DNA of 61,754 nt, the filler included, from Chiloscyllium plagiosum (Eukaryota): assembly GCF_004010195.1 (NCBI RefSeq). It is 4 parts of one record of this genome, joined end to end, with 100 filler letters (N's around TTAATTAATTAA, not from the genome) between each part and the next. Parts side by side here need not be neighbours in the genome. Positions count along the whole stretch, not along the records: positions 52,207 to 61,754 come from NC_057710.1; 3 more parts are not named here. One strand, written 5' to 3'. The position numbers and the translations under genes were made by a program. Positions 55,193 through 61,754 of the stretch are shown here, one piece after another. Below the pieces are notes generated by a model. That model was not told where the DNA came from, did no database searches, and saw only the letters and a list, made by a program, of their open reading frames with translations. Position 1 is the first letter of the stretch; each line of letters begins with the position of its first letter.

Positions 55193-58100
55193 CAGCTAAT
55201 TAATGATGGCATGCAGGACATGTACCCAGTTGGCAAGTGGGAGCATTCACAGCAATGTGCGTGTTGGCATGCCACTGGGAGAGGTGGGCACTGCTGTCTG
55301 AGAAATTACAAATTTGATTTACATTGGTTTACATCTGAGACAATTACAAGGCACCTAGCAACAATTGATACCGTCAGTAGAGCAAGCATTTACCACAACT
55401 GCCAAGCTTTTGGTACCCCTCCACATCCACAAAAAGACCTGTGGCCCCAGTGACTTGTGTGGCTGCAGCTCCATGGGGAAAGTGGGGGAGGAGTGTGGGT
55501 GGTTAATTAGAGGAGGCTCATGCCCCCTATTTTCTCTCTCACCCTTAACCTGTTGTTGAGGCCACCTCCAAAGATTTGCCAGCCTCTGCCCGCAGTGTGG
55601 GGTGTGCCTGCTGTAAGATCTGAGAGGTGACCCCAGTATGGCCTCACTTAGCTAGTTAATTTGCACCAATTGCTAGCTGACACTGCTAAACCTCCAGGCA
55701 ATCTCTGACAAGATCAACCGTGGGTGGGAGCATGTCATGTGGTCAAACCAATGCACTACTCTCAAAACTCCCTATAGCTTGCCACCAAAGCCACCTATGT
55801 ACAAATAGAAAGATTTCATCTAATTTGTCAAACTAATAAAAAAAAGTTTACTGCGTGATTTGGTTAACCAGTAATGTGGTATTAAGACTATGTTGTGGGA
55901 AAATGCTGAAACATTCAGTTCAACACATATTTGTTACTAATTAAGTTCGGTTTCACCCTTCCCCCACTCATACTCCTCCTCCACAGAATACTTCACTCTG
56001 AACATTGTAATTATTATTCAAAGAAGGGGAGAAGGATAAATCTGCTGCAATTACAGGATTGTTAGTTTAATTTTATTGGTGGGGAGACCTTTAGAAAAAA
56101 ACGACCTGGATTCTGAGGTAACAATGACAGTGAAGTTACCAGTGTTTGTCTTCATTACTCAAATGAAACTGGCAGTAAATTCTGAGGTCAACACAATTGC
56201 ATTTAAATGTGAAGGTCTAGGTATAGCTAACAGTGATTTCATGCATTTCCATAGAATGTTCCCACTCTGCATTCAGTTGGAAATCACTGATGAGAAATTG
56301 TCCTTTTATATTATCATTTTCACTGCAAAAATCCTTGAAAAAGTTACACTTTGTTAAATGAACTGTAATGGAGTTCTCAACAGCATATCATGTTTATAAT
56401 TAATGCTGGACCTCTTCACTGGCCCTGAAAACCTAACTTTATATTTGTGGAATGCCAAATGTTACACTGTGATAGAAGGACCCTCAGTTTTACTGGAAAC
56501 TGTTTTTAAAAGGTAAGCCTGTTTACGATATTTCATTTTCTTATTTCAGTAATTTAATCACATCGTATGTCCTCATCTTTATTTAAATCTTTGTAAAATT
56601 TTATTAAAAAGTGAAGGATAATGGGTTTTTTTCAAGTTCCTGGATTGCTGTGTAATTGGCTGGTTACACTTTTCATGACATCATGAGTTGATGTGAAGTT
56701 TCATGGCATCAGATCAAACAGGGGCAAGGAAACCTCCAGCTGATTAACAAGGAAACCTCCAGCTGATAAACAAGGACTGCCTTTCCTTGGCGAATGAATT
56801 ATTACTCCTCCATGTTGAACAATACTTAGAAGAGGGACTGAGGATGGCAAGGACACAGAATATACTCTGAGTGAGGGATATCAATGTTCACACCAGGAGT
56901 GGCTCAACAGCAGCACTGTTGACCGAGCTGGTCAAGTCTCGAAGACATTGACAAGATCTACAGGCAGGTGGTGAGGCAATCAACAAGAGGAAAAAACATA
57001 TTTGTTCTAGTCACCACCAATCTGTCTGCCACAGATGCATCTGTACATGACGGTATGGTTGAGTCTTTGTGGAGGCAGAGTTCTGACTTCACACTGATAA
57101 TACCTTACGATATGTTTTCTGGCACTATCACATGTTAAATAGCTTTGAACATATCTTACAATTTAAGACTGGACACCCATGAGGTACTTAGAGCCACTTG
57201 TGTGGCATGAATGTCATGTGCCACTTGTCAGCCTAAACCTAGATATTGTCCAGGGTTTTCTGCATTTGGACATTGATAACATCAGTATAGGCAAAATCAT
57301 GAATAGTGCTTAGCAATGTGTAATCGACACTGAACATCCTGACTTCTGACCTTATGATGGAGAGATGATAACTGATGAAGAAGTTGAAGATGGTTGGGTC
57401 TAGGACATTACCCTGAGGAGCTCCTGCAGTTATGTCCTGAAGTAGAGATGACTGATCTCCAATCCTTACAGTTAACTTCCTTCTAATGTTGCAAGACAAT
57501 GTATCTATTGTTTCCCAAGCTATGCAATCGGATTGTCTTTAGCAAGAATTTCAACTTCATGGTTTACTATTTTAATAGCAGAAGACATGCTGCATCCACC
57601 TCTAATGATGACATCATTGCTTTTAGATTGAAATAAGCAAAAGAGGATTCAAATGGAATGAGAATGTTTTAATGAGATGTCTTGATTCTGAACATCTATA
57701 GTTAATAAGGATTTAATATTTAAGCTCTTTTAATTAGTAAAAGATGGTATCTCCAACTTATACATAGCTTCCCAAATGCATCTACTTTCATAATTTATGA
57801 AATGTCTTTGAAATGTATGATTAAGAATGAATTTGATTAAATAAAAGTTTGATTGGAGTATGGTAATTAAATATTAGAGTGGCTTATTGATTGTCTCAAG
57901 GATACCTTATCCTGAATATTCCTCTAACCACAAGTTACATAACTTTGAAATGGTATCATTATATAAATTTCAAAGTTGGAACCTCAAGTTGGAATCATGT
58001 TTCACTGCTTGGTGGGTACACATATTATATGCTGTGTAAGACTTACAGTGTTGTCCTCATTGAGTTACTGACTATAACATGATTCTGCAGGTGGCAGTTA

Positions 58101-58709
58101 TTTTGAAATACATCAACTAACTGACCATTATGTAGTTATGAGCCTTTCCAAGAGTCCAAGCCAGATTAAATACTGATATCCATCCATACAGCTTCCACCA
58201 GAGGTCACTGTTTAGCAATAAGAAGCTTACCTGATTTAACTCTTTCTAAACCCATGACACTCACTCATCATTGGACAATCATGCTGCCACCACAAGCCTG
58301 AGATCTCAAACTCAATGCATGCCAGAAGCCACCTGGTCTGCTTAATTTGAAGAATTTTCATCTTCACTGCATGATTTTAATGCAATGGAAAATGAATGGA
58401 TTCTACAAAGGACGGTCAGTTTCCCATGCCTGATTGCCATTGAGAATTAAGATAATGTTGAGTTGTCTTCTTGAACAACTGCTGGTGTTTCCAGAATTTT
58501 GATCTAGTGACAGTGAAATAATGGATAGTGTAACCTGAAGGGGAACTTGCAGCTTGTGGTGTCTGCTGTTCTGAAGAAGAGTTACTGGACCTGAAACATT
58601 AACTCTGATTTCTCTCCCCAGATACTGCCAGACCGGCTGAGATTTTCAAGCAATTTCTGTTTTTGTTTCAGATTTCCAGCATCCAGAGCTCTATTTTCTT
58701 TGCCTGCTG

Positions 58710-59004
58710 TTCTTGTTGTCCTAAGGGGTATTGGTTGCAGTGGTGACAATCAGAGAGTTACTCATGTCTCTATCTCAAGAGCATCAGGGAGTCTGTGTTT
58801 TATTTAATATCAAACATATGTGTTTGATATTAAATAAAATTAAAATTCAATCATGATCGTAAAATTGGAGGCTTGTCCAAGGCACTATATACAGATGTAG
58901 TGGGCACATGACTGATCCCAGACTCCCTGATGCTCTTGAGATAGAGACATGAGTAACACTTTGATTGTCACCACTGCAACCAATACCCCTTAGGACAACA
59001 AGAA
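58710..59004. repeat. 86-bp inverted repeat enclosing a second 19-bp hairpin
   Basis: 58710-58795 and 58919-59004 are reverse complements (2 mismatches); inner arms at 58798-58816 and 58821-58839. Confidence 0.92.
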
Positions 59005-60659
59005 ATAATTAAAAGTTGTGGTTGGATCAGAAACTTAGTGAGAAGAGAATAATACAGGGAAATTTGATGACTGGAGAAATAAGTAATCCCTGTACCTGAA
59101 CTTTGTTCACAATTGCAACATAGGAATGAGTTGCATCAACAAGCAGTCAGTGTGCCTAAGCAATGTAAGATAAGTTTCTATTGGTTACAGAGTGGAACAT
59201 TAATGACGCAAAGAACATGAATCACCCTAATTCTCGAGCTAAAACTACATGTTGAAGTGATTACTTAGATCACTGATTTTGTGCTATTTGAAATAGTGCT
59301 GAGACATACCAGCAAACACTTACACATTGAGAAAAACAACTCAGCTGGTATCGCCATCTGATGAAGGACCAGCGCTCTGAAAGCTTGTGATTTTAAATCA
59401 AACTATTGGACCATGATCTGGTGTCGTATGACTTCTGATTTTGTACATCCCAGTCCAACACCAGCATCTCCACATCCCATCTTTTTACTCTTAGTGCTTT
59501 TTCTTCACATTGTCTTCCATTCTCTTCTGAAGATGCTGAATCCAGCTGAAGTTCAGTTTCATAGGTGCAAAAGACATCTGCTGTTGCAGCCACATGTCGT
59601 TTATGAGTCATGCCTGACTTTAAAGGTCTGATTTTTTTCAATGGATGCTCTTAGTGGTGATCACTAATGGAAACTCCTAAGAAGTGCCTATTTAAAAAAA
59701 GTAGGATCTTAACACTCAAACTTTAATTCTTTCAGCTTGCAATAAAATCTGAGACAGTAGTGGTACTTTCTTTTCCATCCTTTGCTGAGGAATACTAATT
59801 ACAACATTAACACAACTCAGCACAGAGTGAAGAAACCTTCCAGTCCTCACAGGTCTTTAATATACCGGCAATTCATTCACCCACTACTGTAGATCCCCCA
59901 CTAATTTAGATCCGCCACTAATGTATATGTTATCCATGAATATATATCACTGTTAAGTAATTATTTTTGGATCTGAATTGGCCACACTATTAAGGAAACT
60001 CAATTCAAACATACAAAGAAAGGTGTGAATAGATACGTATTTTATTTTCAGATGTAATCCCCTCAAAATGCATTGTAGTAGATTTCATATGTTTCAGTTG
60101 TTTATGTTGTTTCTTGCAATGGTTAATCAGAGGTGAATGCTAGCAGCATTTGAACTGGCTTGATTTTAGCCCTTCCATAAATGGGTGTTAAACAACTCAA
60201 CTTAACGTGGATCATTTTGAACTAAACAATGAAAAATGCTTTGTAAGTGCATTTCTGATCCTCTATTATGGCAATAACTTGTCGCATATTAACTTTTGGC
60301 AGTCTAATTGTTCAACTGATTGTCCTGCAACGGAAAAAAATACTTAAATTCGTATCAATGAATATCTGTTTAACAGCAAATGCTAGGAAACAATTTTTAT
60401 CATAAAACTTTTGTCAGAAATAAAACTTACATTGCTTAATAAAGCTGATTAGGACCACTATAAAGAATGGAAAAGATCTTTTGGAATTTAAAGTTCAGTT
60501 TTGATAGTAAAGGAAGTTATTGCATATTTAGAAATTCTGATTGGAAAATCAAATCTATTCTTTGTTCCCAAGAAAAATAGTTATTGCTCAATGTTTATTT
60601 CCTTCCCCTCCCTCTTTCTGTTTTAATTTCCCTGTTCCCCCTCACTCCTGAATAGCGTG

Positions 60660-61232
60660 AAGTCTTTCATTTATGCTGCACCTGTCATGACCTCAGAGCA
60701 TTTCAAAGTTCTTTAAGCCAATAAAGGACTTTTGCACTATAGTGACTGCTGTAATGTTGAAATGTAGTAGCCAATGTACAAACAAATTGCCATAAAGAAA
60801 CAATGTTAAAGACCATATAACCTGCTGTAGTGATGTTATTTGAGAGATAAATACTGGTCTTGACACCAATGGTAAACTCGCCCATTTTTCTTTGAAATAG
60901 TTTCATACAAACTTTTTATGTGCATCTGAGAGAGGAATTGGGATCTCTCTTTAATGTCCCATCTGAAGGACAGCTCCTTTGAGAGTGGTGCAATCCATCA
61001 AACCTGCACTGGCATGTCAACCAAGACTTTTGTTCTTATGGGCTGAATTGTTTTACTCAGGGGTAAGTCGGGGAAGGCAGACCATGGGTATTGTACCATT
61101 GCCATGGTGCCCAATTTTATGCCTTCCTCCACTGCTAACACACACTGGTGAGAATGCAAAATTCCTACCCATGTTTCTGGAGTGGGACTTGAGTGGATCT
61201 TTGAATTCATAGCACTACCAGCTGAGCCATGG
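60660..61232 (-). mobile_element. Old DeuSINE/SacSINE-like element with a small internal insertion (~61038-61172)
   Basis: Reverse strand shows ccagtgcag...cagatgggacattaaa...cagatgcacataaaaag...ctatttcaaagaa...tatttatctctcaa, resembling the recalled Deu domain and tail. Confidence 0.6.
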
Positions 61233-61688
61233 CTTATTGTAGTTCTACCAAAACCTTGTACAGATGGCCATTTATGATATGGGAAAGTACCTCAAGTCTA
61301 CAGGTTATTCACCTGCAGATGGCAGCACCTATATTCCAAGCCTTTTTGTCATTCAACATTTAGTTATGCAATGACACAGGCCACTGGTTCCCCAACTAAT
61401 TCAGTACAGCTCAAGGAAGTAATCTGAGTAGTTCCTCATCTGCATCATGTTGTGTATATTGTGCATGACATTTACAACTGAAGTATCCAAGAAGCTTGAT
61501 TTTTTTTTTACTTTTTGAAGTAAGTCTGTCTGCCTTATATTTTTTTTGTTCTGGCGATCCTACTGGTCAAGTAGACAAACTGCTCTCTGAACGAGGTAAA
61601 AACAATGACTGCAGATGCTGGAAACCAGTTTCTGGATTAGTGGTGCTGGAAGAGCACAGCAGTTCAGGCAGCATCCAAGGAGCAGCGA

Positions 61689-61724
61689 AATCGACGTTTC
61701 GGGCAAAAGCCCTTCATCAGGAAT
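61689..61724 (-). ncRNA. Minimal type I hammerhead ribozyme motif (intact core) in a Penelope-like terminal repeat (61595-61754)
   Basis: Minus strand reads AUUC-CUGAUGA-A-GGGC-UUUU-GCCC-GAAAC-GUC-GAUU. Confidence 0.7.
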
Positions 61725-61754
61725 AAAGGCAGAGAGCCTGAATCGTGGAGAGAT

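Noticed and set aside
56727..56775. 23-bp tandem duplication (aaggaaacctccagctgat...)
   Set aside because: A simple slippage duplication inside a decayed LINE fragment.
60040..60110. Possible final BEND4 exon (strong acceptor, nearby atgcattgt)
   Set aside because: The in-phase translation DVIPSKCIVVDF does not match the expected EFIRMHCTSNPDWW.

Overview
Vertebrate genomic DNA, very probably a shark (cartilaginous fish), judged from HE1/V-SINE-like, DeuSINE-like, CR1 and Penelope-like repeats. It holds parts of three genes in the order and orientation known from human 4p13: the last two coding exons and long 3' UTR of ATP8A1 (+), the complete two-exon SHISA3 (-), and three internal coding exons of BEND4 (+). 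The first and last coding exons of BEND4 are not visible. Three identical 100-bp linkers (44N-TTAATTAATTAA-44N) show the window is stitched from separate contigs. The rest is decayed retroelements and a ~1.8-kb 21-bp minisatellite. The most notable signals are: (i) about 15 minimal hammerhead-ribozyme cores of three sequence families, many inside short fold-back Penelope-like insertions with 9-16-bp target-site duplications; (ii) an inverted, diverged copy of part of a BEND4 exon inside a BEND4 intron; (iii) an exact 22-bp direct repeat bracketing the SHISA3 promoter/5' region; (iv) long, near-perfect palindromes. All homology calls come from reading the sequence and recalling known proteins; no searches were run.
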